IMG/VR virus record: IMGVR_UViG_3300034417_000033
Span: 42,908 to 106,907 of that record
Direction: 5' to 3' (one strand)
From: a virus
DNA: 64,000 nt
Made by a program: the position numbers and the translations under genes. The number at the start of each line of letters is the position of its first letter. Within the stretch, counting starts at the first letter, position 1. This document shows positions 56,159 to 63,619 of the stretch, one piece after another. The notes beneath the pieces are model-generated. The model searched no databases. It was not told the DNA's origin and saw only the letters and a list, made by a program, of their open reading frames with translations.

Positions 56159-57118
56159 TCAATCGGCTCGGGTTGGACTTTGTTTTAAAATATCGCATAA
56201 CTCATCTAAAGATTGTTGACAATCAACAATTAATTTAGTCGCTTGTTTCTTAAGTTTGCTTATATTATCATCAGATACATCGTCCATAGAATCAGACGCA
56301 ATATTCAATCTCGTTTGGAATCTAAACATCTTAACATTTGGAACTTGACTAAGTTGATAATCAGTAACTGCACTTTGGCCGTCAAACATAATATCAAGCA
56401 AAGGAACTACCCACTGTGCATCTCCCCAATCTTTTGCAGATTCATATGGTATGGATCTAGTGTTCTGTCCAGTTCCGATAGAAACAACTAACAGATCATC
56501 ATCGGGGAATAATTTTTTTGCTTCTATACTAGCAGACAAAGATGGATTGTTAACGTATACTCCGCCATCAATCAAAATACGATCTAACCCATTAACTTTT
56601 ACTTTTGCGGGTTCGAAGTATGTTGGTGCTGCTGACGTACCTCTTGCTGCTTGCCATAACAAAGTATTTTTAGTGTCAGCTTTCCAGCTTTTTAGAAAAA
56701 GAGGCGTTCTGTTTTCTATGTCATAGGTAGTAACGAAAGTTTTAGTATGGCATGTATTAAGTGTTGCCGACTCTGTGAAGAAACGTTTTAATACTTTTAC
56801 AATACCTTCGTCTGAATATTTTTCAGACACGATGCCGCCGATGGAAAAAATGCTTCGCAATGCGCTTCTGGAAAAGATGTCTTTTCCATGATCTTTATAC
56901 ATATCAAACACATCATCAGCAGTATATTTCAATACGCCTTTTGAATCAGTAGCAGTCAATGCTAAAGACAGTATGCCGCCTGTTGACGTTCCTGCTATCA
57001 AGTCAAAACAATCAGCAATTCTTTTGCCTGTTTGTTTTTCAATATATGCCAACACTAATGCAGGCAGGGCACCTTTTATGCCTCCACCGTCAATAGAAAG
57101 TATTGTACGCAATGCCAT
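56159..57118 (-). CDS. patatin-like phospholipase
   Basis: LSIDGGGIKG, GTSTG nucleophile, SAAPTYF, DGG, SIGTG; late promoter at 57141-57148. Confidence 0.93.
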   Translation of the reverse strand: MALRTILSIDGGGIKGALPALVLAYIEKQTGKRIADCFDLIAGTSTGGILSLALTATDSKGVLKYTADDVFDMYKDHGKDIFSRSALRSIFSIGGIVSEKYSDEGIVKVLKRFFTESATLNTCHTKTFVTTYDIENRTPLFLKSWKADTKNTLLWQAARGTSAAPTYFEPAKVKVNGLDRILIDGGVYVNNPSLSASIEAKKLFPDDDLLVVSIGTGQNTRSIPYESAKDWGDAQWVVPLLDIMFDGQSAVTDYQLSQVPNVKMFRFQTRLNIASDSMDDVSDDNISKLKKQATKLIVDCQQSLDELCDILKQSPTRAD

Positions 57119-57170
57119 TTTAATCTCCAATTCTTAAACATATTTATCAAGAAACTGGAAATCATTTACG

Positions 57171-57581
57171 TTAGGGCATAGGTACGATAGCTTTTTTTGT
57201 AGACTGTAACTTATAGATTATTTTCTGTTGCTGTTGAAAATCAAATTCTTTCTTACATAACACTTTTGCATGTTGAAAGAATCGATTGTTTTCAACTAGC
57301 GGCGCGTATTTCTGTTCTTTAGATTTCGAATAATTTGCGTACAGCTCACGATCACCATACTTAGAAAAACGCAAGGTGAAAGCTAATTCACCATGAATAT
57401 AAAAGGCACAATCATGAGACACAGACAAATTATGTATGACATCTTCTATCATGTATTCTGGCCAACGGCCAAAGTCTTCGGCGCCGTCAAACAAAAATTC
57501 TCCGGCGGTATTTACCCTAACTCGCATTAAATCGCCAATTAGATTATGGTAACATTGTGATATCTGTTTATCAAAGTTCAT
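57171..57581 (-). CDS. hypothetical protein
   Basis: Coupled ORF. Confidence 0.55.
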   Translation of the reverse strand: MNFDKQISQCYHNLIGDLMRVRVNTAGEFLFDGAEDFGRWPEYMIEDVIHNLSVSHDCAFYIHGELAFTLRFSKYGDRELYANYSKSKEQKYAPLVENNRFFQHAKVLCKKEFDFQQQQKIIYKLQSTKKAIVPMP

Positions 57582-57904
57582 TCATATTTCCATTGATATG
57601 GTCGTGTGGAGTTTTTCTTCCAGGAGCGTTTTAGATTCCATGACGTTGTTACTAGGTCATCCCACATTGTGGGCAACATACTAGCAGATCGTCTGCCTCT
57701 TATTTTTACACCTACAGAAACCTCGTCTTCTGTTAGGAATGAATTCCTACATTCTTGCGAGGTCGCTGGATTTCTGTGATATCGATATCTAGAATCAAGA
57801 TCATAATACTTGTATCTCGACCATGACTCTGCAGAATAATATTCGAAATATAAGTCTTTAACCTTGTTCTTCCGTTTCTTCTGGTTCGACTTGATTCGTT
57901 TCAT
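57578..57904 (-). CDS. small basic hypothetical protein
   Basis: R.P.T.QE.R...RGRR...LPT.WDD...RSWK...QWK. Confidence 0.65.
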   Translation of the reverse strand: MKRIKSNQKKRKNKVKDLYFEYYSAESWSRYKYYDLDSRYRYHRNPATSQECRNSFLTEDEVSVGVKIRGRRSASMLPTMWDDLVTTSWNLKRSWKKNSTRPYQWKYE

Positions 57905-58130
57905 TGTCTGCTCTCTTAATAACGAAATTGCCCTCGATATTCGTTTTGAAGAAATTTCCTTTGGACGGCGCTGCTAACCACTTGTCAAACAACTCTTGTG
58001 GAATGTTGTTAATGTTGTATGCAAGGCCGTTGCTCAAGGACATCCGAACTTCGCTTGTCTCAGCGTTGTAAGAAATGTCTGAAAGCCACGACGACTGGAC
58101 TGCGTCTTCAAATATTTCAGATGCCTTCAT
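57858..58130 (-). CDS. KTSC domain protein
   Basis: SSWLSDISY...G..Y...IP...F...AAPSKG.FF..NI. Confidence 0.85.
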   Translation of the reverse strand: MKASEIFEDAVQSSWLSDISYNAETSEVRMSLSNGLAYNINNIPQELFDKWLAAPSKGNFFKTNIEGNFVIKRADNETNQVEPEETEEQG

Positions 58131-58534
58131 AAAAGCCTCAAATTGCCAGTTACTGAGTCAATATCGTCTGCCAAGGCAGGACCAATTGCAACAGTGGTGT
58201 AAGTTGGGACGCCATTAAAAACAGTATGGCCAGCGTCCTGAATTATCGAACACAGCAATCCTTTTGCTTTAGCTTGATTGTATAACTGCAAAAGTTCCTT
58301 TTCGGATCCTACGCCCAATACAACTTTAGTAAATCTTTCTTTGTACCAAACAGAATCCACTGGAGTCAACTGCAAATGAATCATCTCAGGTGTATTAGTT
58401 TCGGGGACTGCATCAGTATGGGTTGATCTTGACAGAATCGCTGCTAACGATGCATGTGCTACTTGAGATGCAATCTTGCCGGTTGGCATAGATAAATCTC
58501 GTCTAACTAAAATTACCTGTTTAACATCTGACAT
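58127..58534 (-). CDS. pth2: peptidyl-tRNA hydrolase, Pth2 family
   Basis: KQVILVRRDL.M..GKIASQVAHAS, KVVL, IQDAGHT, T.VAIGP, ID.VTG.L.LL. Confidence 0.92.
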   Translation of the reverse strand: MSDVKQVILVRRDLSMPTGKIASQVAHASLAAILSRSTHTDAVPETNTPEMIHLQLTPVDSVWYKERFTKVVLGVGSEKELLQLYNQAKAKGLLCSIIQDAGHTVFNGVPTYTTVAIGPALADDIDSVTGNLRLL

Positions 58535-58554
58535 TTCGTTCTCCAAAAATTAGG

Positions 58555-58696
58555 CAGTCTTTATCGCTAGGGAAAGTTTGTACTTCGTATATAGCAAAGT
58601 GCATTGCAAACGCATTGCCTGTGCATGTCAGCGGGTACAAAACCGGATATGCTAACTAGGCTTGCCGAAGCAATCATAACGCCCTGCAATTGACTG
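58555..58696 (-). ncRNA. candidate structured ncRNA C
   Basis: Closing CAGTC/GACTG plus AGGG/CCCT, TTGC-TTCG-GCAA tetraloop hairpin, TTTGTAC/GTACAAA. Confidence 0.55.
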
Positions 58697-58708
58697 TGTG
58701 CGTTGTAT

Positions 58709-59020
58709 TTATGCGACCTTAACACCTTTTTGCATTATCAGGGTCATCGTTGTCTGCTTATTGTCCTGTAATGCTGCATCAATAACTTCTTCAGTAATCG
58801 AAGAATCTAACTTGATCGCCCAGGCTTGTAAATTTCTTTGCGAGTTCATCCGGCATCGCATTTCTAATGCCTTAAAATTAACGGGAAATTTGTAATCTGT
58901 TTTTCCTGTTGCTAACTTATCAACTAGGCTTTGCTGCATCTTTTCTTCTTCAGCGGTAATGTCAATGTAGCCTTCTAATCCATAATCAGAGACTATTAAA
59001 ATACAAGCCTTAGTTGTCAT
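58709..59020 (-). CDS. hypothetical protein
   Basis: Coupled ORF. Confidence 0.6.
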   Translation of the reverse strand: MTTKACILIVSDYGLEGYIDITAEEEKMQQSLVDKLATGKTDYKFPVNFKALEMRCRMNSQRNLQAWAIKLDSSITEEVIDAALQDNKQTTMTLIMQKGVKVA

Positions 59021-59376
59021 TCATTTAACTTCTGTACAAAATATGACTGGCGCGCTGTTTCAATGCCTTGCCAAAAGTCAATTTCGTCTGGAGTAGCAGG
59101 ACGAATTACTTTAAAACTTTGGTCATGACGGCGATATTCATCTAAGTCAATCCAGTTCCCAGTTTCTAATTGAAGATGTATTCTAGAATTATTAAAAATA
59201 CGTCTAGAATAAGCAGACTGCAATGCTGTAATTAATGTAATAATTCCAAATTGACCATCGTCAATCAATTTCTCAATTTCTCGGCGTGGGACAATAACTG
59301 GAATCTTTTCTACGATAGTTCGTTCTCCCGTAAGGGTAAACTCACTTTTTAAATTCGCATATTTTCCATACATCAC
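59017..59376 (-). CDS. hypothetical protein
   Basis: Coupled ORF. Confidence 0.55.
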   Translation of the reverse strand: MMYGKYANLKSEFTLTGERTIVEKIPVIVPRREIEKLIDDGQFGIITLITALQSAYSRRIFNNSRIHLQLETGNWIDLDEYRRHDQSFKVIRPATPDEIDFWQGIETARQSYFVQKLNE

Positions 59377-59732
59377 TCTTCATCCTCGTCATCTTCACTA
59401 TCGCCAGTAAGTTTTAATTGTAACAAACTATGCTGCACTGCGTCAATGTCCGCCATTAATTTTCTTTCAACTTTCTTAGCCTTTCTAATTTCTTCAGTAG
59501 AATACCAACTGTGACTTCCATGATGCTCAACGTCTTCTACCCACTGCCCATCTTTAATTTCTGCATCTGGACTTTTGGTTAAAGATTTTGCAACACTCTT
59601 TCGAAGTAAGTCTACTAACTGGGCTGGAGAAAGTTCCACTTCATTTAAAAGCCCCAACAAATCGTGTTCTGAAATCTGCACGTTTTCATACTTCGACACT
59701 GTCGCCCGAACTGTGTAATGTTGTTTTGCCAT
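59373..59732 (-). CDS. hypothetical protein
   Basis: Coupled ORF. Confidence 0.6.
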   Translation of the reverse strand: MAKQHYTVRATVSKYENVQISEHDLLGLLNEVELSPAQLVDLLRKSVAKSLTKSPDAEIKDGQWVEDVEHHGSHSWYSTEEIRKAKKVERKLMADIDAVQHSLLQLKLTGDSEDDEDEE

Positions 59733-60147
59733 CTTTTAATTTCCTAATATATGTTTTTAAATCTTTCACATCTTCAGTAGTATATGCAATCACATCAGCG
59801 TGTTTAATTGTAAATACTAGTGCATCATTCCTATCTGGGAATCGGTATACTGAAATATAGGGAGACGAATTTCCTAGCACACACTGGCTGTATTGTATAG
59901 AAAACCAGCCGTTATGCGACTGGGTGTCTAATATTGCAATTTTTGCTTTCCGATAATATTCAATTTGGTCTTCAATAATTCCCATATTAAATATTTCTCT
60001 TACACCAATATGGCTATTAACGTCATGAAGAACAACATATGCTGGAATACTATTGCGAAACAGCTCCTGCGATTTAACAGCAACCTGTTCTATAGCAACT
60101 ATAGATTTTCTTCCAAACCATGATAGAAATTTTCGAAATGAAATCAT
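59686..60147 (-). CDS. hypothetical protein (FxxxxDALxF family)
   Basis: YRFPDRNDALVFTIKH. Confidence 0.55.
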   Translation of the reverse strand: MISFRKFLSWFGRKSIVAIEQVAVKSQELFRNSIPAYVVLHDVNSHIGVREIFNMGIIEDQIEYYRKAKIAILDTQSHNGWFSIQYSQCVLGNSSPYISVYRFPDRNDALVFTIKHADVIAYTTEDVKDLKTYIRKLKDGKTTLHSSGDSVEV

Positions 60148-60410
60148 TTAGTTTTTCCAGTCAACACAATTGCAAACATTTCCTGTGGATCCAATTTTGT
60201 AACAACTGGGATACACAAAATATTTTCAATAGGGATCTTATACACTTTTGACAATCTAGCTATCATGCTACTAGCATGGTGTGTATAAGTAAACGGCCTT
60301 GCTTTAGTCCAATCGGAAACAAATCTAGCAGATGATGATGTTGCGCCTGTTCCGAAGCCGTGCCCTTGTGCATACACAATGTATGTGGTTTTTTCTTTTT
60401 CGAGATTCAC
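60144..60410 (-). CDS. hypothetical protein
   Basis: ORF with RBS. Confidence 0.55.
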   Translation of the reverse strand: MNLEKEKTTYIVYAQGHGFGTGATSSSARFVSDWTKARPFTYTHHASSMIARLSKVYKIPIENILCIPVVTKLDPQEMFAIVLTGKTK

Positions 60411-60428
60411 AGTAGCCCCTTAAATAAA

Positions 60429-60608
60429 TTAGAATATCAGTCGGCACACACAGGGTACTTCCAAAATAATTTTGGGCTGTGTGCGGCTAACTCTACTAGG
60501 AGGTTAACTTCCCATTAGACCGGTAGTGCATCCCTATCAGTCTTCTCGTAACAGCATTATCAATCAAGTGGCCGATGCACAGCATTGATATGTAGACTGA
60601 TATTCTAA
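60429..60608 (-). ncRNA. candidate structured ncRNA D (14-bp closing stem)
   Basis: TTAGAATATCAGTC/GACTGATATTCTAA termini; internal GCACACAG/CTGTGTGT, CCAAAAT/ATTTTGG, possible pseudoknot. Confidence 0.6.
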
Positions 60609-60632
60609 AACTGGTAAAATTAATATTGTGTC

Positions 60633-61052
60633 TTATTGAAACAGTCGTTTTGCAACTTTCGATGCTAACGCGCCATCATATTGACCAGCAAACGATTTCT
60701 TAAGGAAGCCCATTGCCTCACCTAAGCTCTTTACATCAGCCATAGTGATTGCAGATTCAATCTGTGATTCTGTTAATTGATCTGGCAAAAAGTGTTTCAA
60801 AATATCAAGCTCTTGCTTGCACTGTTCTTCGGATTCAGCATTCACACCTGCAACATGCTTTAGTGTATCTGTTGCAGAATCCATAAATTTTTTCACTGTA
60901 GAAATAACCAACGTGTCAGTCACTTCTTCTCCGCCGCGCTTCGCTTTAGTTTCCAATTCGCCGAGCAACGTGATCAAGAGATTCTTTGCAACTGTATCTT
61001 TTGCTTTACGTGCTGCGAGTGCTTTCGATTCAATTTGTTGTAAAATTGTCAT
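60633..61052 (-). CDS. GatB/YqeY domain protein
   Basis: A.KAKD......L...L.......E...L..FLP.QL.E......MG.LK....G..DG. Confidence 0.85.
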   Translation of the reverse strand: MTILQQIESKALAARKAKDTVAKNLLITLLGELETKAKRGGEEVTDTLVISTVKKFMDSATDTLKHVAGVNAESEEQCKQELDILKHFLPDQLTESQIESAITMADVKSLGEAMGFLKKSFAGQYDGALASKVAKRLFQ

Positions 61053-61389
61053 ATTCCCTACCTTCTTGTTGTAAGTGTTCTGTAATATTTTCTAATATAG
61101 TTTCGTGCATAGTTACTGCATTATCCCAAGTATCACACCTGTCCATAATGCCGTCAAAGCCTCCACCAAACACCATTGTTTCAAATAAATGTACGTCCGT
61201 GCTAGTAAATGAGTGATCTAACCCTAAAAACACTGTACTAATTGTCACATGGGAGATTGGCAAGCCCATATGTTTTACTTCTAATGTCGTGACTACAACC
61301 TTTGTATTTGCGTGTTCAAGCCATGCTGCCCATTTCAATACATCGGGCTCATGAACTGCTACTCTTCCCTGCAATATATATTTTTTCAT
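61030..61389 (-). CDS. conserved phage hypothetical protein
   Basis: ISTVFLGLDHSF....LFETMVFGG; start moved to lie below the tRNA. Confidence 0.7.
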   Translation of the reverse strand: MKKYILQGRVAVHEPDVLKWAAWLEHANTKVVVTTLEVKHMGLPISHVTISTVFLGLDHSFTSTDVHLFETMVFGGGFDGIMDRCDTWDNAVTMHETILENITEHLQQEGREYDNFTTN

Positions 61390-61402
61390 TTCTTTCCTAA
61401 TT

Positions 61403-61489
61403 TGGCGGAGAGCAGTGGTCTCGATCCACATACCTTTCGAGTACGAACTGTTTTCGAGGCAGTCTCAGTCCCTGACTGATTTACTCTCC
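61403..61489 (-). tRNA. tRNA-Ser(CGA)
   Basis: GGAGAGT/GCTCTCC acceptor, G discriminator plus CCA, CTCGAAA anticodon loop, long variable arm, GATCGAGAC T-loop variant. Confidence 0.8.
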
Positions 61490-61684
61490 TGTATTATTTT
61501 CCCAGCTACGGTTACACCAAAATCTTGTGCCGGAATCTCTTACAACAGCCACTTGTAAAATGCTTGCTGTTTCTAACCATCGTGTTTCCGTTCCTATTTT
61601 TGTAGGAAACCACAAAAACTTTTTAATTACTCTGCCAGTCCCTGCCCTGGGCAAATGTGGCTTTTTCTTTTCGTAAAATCTCAC
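61481..61684 (-). CDS. small hypothetical protein
   Basis: GTG start with GGAG RBS; KKFLWFP..I..ETRWLE; stop codon lies in the 5' end of tRNA-Ser. Confidence 0.5.
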   Translation of the reverse strand: MRFYEKKKPHLPRAGTGRVIKKFLWFPTKIGTETRWLETASILQVAVVRDSGTRFWCNRSWENNTGE

Positions 61685-61686
61685 AG

Positions 61687-62034
61687 TTACTCTCCGTACA
61701 TTTTGCCGTTTGTGAACCACACTGTGTCTACAAACTGAACTGGGGCATTCGTGTCTTCCCAAACAAATGCACTAGACTTAAAGGGATTATATGAAATCCT
61801 TCTTGCTGTTTCTGGCTTTTGCTGGGCGTTAATGTTATAGGCATTTGTAACTACAAACGCATGTACATTCCTAACTTTAGTGAGTTTTGCTCTTTTATTA
61901 CCTGCTGCACTAACTCTCAGTTCCACGTTTCTGGCGCTGAAGTTGGATTGCCTGTCTATAACTTTTCCCCTCAACTTTATTGAGAAGTCTGTTCCAGAAT
62001 TTAAGTTCCTATAAATATACATTTTTGCAAACAT
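61687..62034 (-). CDS. conserved phage hypothetical protein
   Basis: YRNLN...FSIK..GKVI...RNVHAFV...YNPFK. Confidence 0.7.
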   Translation of the reverse strand: MFAKMYIYRNLNSGTDFSIKLRGKVIDRQSNFSARNVELRVSAAGNKRAKLTKVRNVHAFVVTNAYNINAQQKPETARRISYNPFKSSAFVWEDTNAPVQFVDTVWFTNGKMYGE

Positions 62035-62049
62035 ACAATTCCCATAATT

Positions 62050-62160
62050 TGGTGCCGGTGACGGGACTCGAACCCACAACATGTACTTGGCATAACACAG
62101 GCGCATTAACTAGTTCCGGACTTCGCAAATGACTTTAATAACCTATTGTGCTAGAGGCGT
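62050..62160 (-). pseudogene. degenerate tRNA-Gly(GCC)-like element
   Basis: Intact 3' half (TGCCAA, GTGGGTTCGAGTCCCGT, CACCGGC-A-CCA) but no matching 5' acceptor strand. Confidence 0.55.
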
Positions 62161-62162
62161 TT

Positions 62163-62477
62163 CTATTCTTCCCCTTCTGGGGACGGCTTTGCCAATTTGC
62201 CTACACCGTGCAATATTTCTTTCAAAACCTGTTTCGTTGTATCTCTTGCTAAACTTGAAGCTGATGCTCTTGCATAACCCTGAACAGAATATGCAATTTC
62301 TTTTGGGTCACCTAGTGTTGCAGTGTGACCACCATACATTCGATCAGTAACAATGTTGCCAACTGATCCGGGAATGCTGTCTGCATAATCACCCGTATTG
62401 CGGATAGCTTTATCAGGAATGCTTTCTGCATTCGCGACATTTGCAATCAGTAACATCAGGATTATGTGTTTCATCAA
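62163..62477 (-). CDS. exported hypothetical protein
   Basis: N-terminal signal-like MKHIILMLLIANVANA. Confidence 0.55.
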   Translation of the reverse strand: MMKHIILMLLIANVANAESIPDKAIRNTGDYADSIPGSVGNIVTDRMYGGHTATLGDPKEIAYSVQGYARASASSLARDTTKQVLKEILHGVGKLAKPSPEGEE

Positions 62478-62664
62478 TAACCTCTTGTCTAGCGTACCAT
62501 TTCAAAACAAGTGCAACAAATGTGTTGCAGCACTTTTTTACCCACGAATTGTACACTGCATTGAATGCGTGGAAATCTCTTATCCAAAACCAGCACATTA
62601 CAAAAATTGCAAGCAGGCCAGTTCCAATAAAAAATGCTAACATAGCTAATAGAATATCTGACAT
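62413..62664 (-). CDS. small membrane protein
   Basis: N-terminal TM, C-terminal CKCREC. Confidence 0.5.
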   Translation of the reverse strand: MSDILLAMLAFFIGTGLLAIFVMCWFWIRDFHAFNAVYNSWVKKCCNTFVALVLKWYARQEVIDETHNPDVTDCKCRECRKHS

Positions 62665-62665
62665 G

Positions 62666-63619
62666 TTAGCTTACCGAAGCAATGATGCGTGGGGCGTGTA
62701 CTTTAGGCATACTTGCACCAACTGACAGTTTTACGTGCTCTGGGTGTTCTGCCATCCAATCCTGGACGTACCAAAGCTGGCCACAGCCGCCTCCAATCGT
62801 ATCCTGTCCTGCAGGATCAAACACACGCACATTGTAACCGTTCTCAACAAGTTTGGAACCAAAATCTACTGCAAGATTACGCTGTGTTTCGTTTGTTGCT
62901 GCACAGTGACTGTCGCGTTCGCAAATTACAGAAACGGTTGCTTCCCAAATTTTCGGGTCAAACAATGCTTGTAAACGTGCGACATCAGCATCAGCATCGT
63001 TACCAGCGTGAGCACAATAGTTGAAGTAAGGACGACGACCTGTTGCTTCGTGCCATTTCACACCTTCAACTGCGATTTGTTCCAAGTTTAGTTTCTTTTC
63101 AAACGGAACTAGTTTGTTTCGTGCCTCGTCAGTGCTTTCATGTACAGAGAATTGCAAACCTACAGTTGGAATTTCAACGCTCATTTCGCGGATCCAACCA
63201 TAATCAACTGCGGGCGCAGATGTACTAATTAGCAACGATGCGTTTGGGTACTTCGCATGTAACATGCGGAATGCTTCCCAAAGTGCTTTAACCATTGCTG
63301 GCTCGCCCATGCTCATAACCATGATCTGCAATTTCTTGATTGCAGTTGGGTCGATACCAATTTGTGATTGCAAGCAATAGTCTGCTTGACCGAAAATTTC
63401 TTCTGCTGTCAGTGAGCGAACAAAGTAATCGCCAGTTCCACAGAATCGACAACCAATTGGACATCCGCACATTGTGGAGATACAAAGAACAGTGCGTTCT
63501 TCATATGTGGGATAACGATAAAGCACAGCTTCTACAGCAATGTCTTCTTTTTCAAAGACATACTTTTTAACGTGCTCTTTATCATCTTCAAATACTTTTA
63601 CGTTAGTCCACATAATCAT
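62666..63619 (-). CDS. RlmN/Cfr-family radical SAM protein
   Basis: CISTMCGCPIGCRFC, MSMGEP, SVH, IGGGCGQL (both RlmN-type catalytic Cys positions present). Confidence 0.85.
   Translation of the reverse strand: MIMWTNVKVFEDDKEHVKKYVFEKEDIAVEAVLYRYPTYEERTVLCISTMCGCPIGCRFCGTGDYFVRSLTAEEIFGQADYCLQSQIGIDPTAIKKLQIMVMSMGEPAMVKALWEAFRMLHAKYPNASLLISTSAPAVDYGWIREMSVEIPTVGLQFSVHESTDEARNKLVPFEKKLNLEQIAVEGVKWHEATGRRPYFNYCAHAGNDADADVARLQALFDPKIWEATVSVICERDSHCAATNETQRNLAVDFGSKLVENGYNVRVFDPAGQDTIGGGCGQLWYVQDWMAEHPEHVKLSVGASMPKVHAPRIIASVS

Noticed and set aside
62050-62095. tRNA 3' half as a prophage att site
   Set aside because: No integrase or host-phage junction in the window; both flanks are phage-like.
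140-63570. Numerous plus-strand ORFs of 60-190 aa in the ORF track
   Set aside because: They are antisense shadows of well-supported minus-strand genes, without RBS or motifs; only 16305..16673 and 52868..53950 are credible plus-strand genes.
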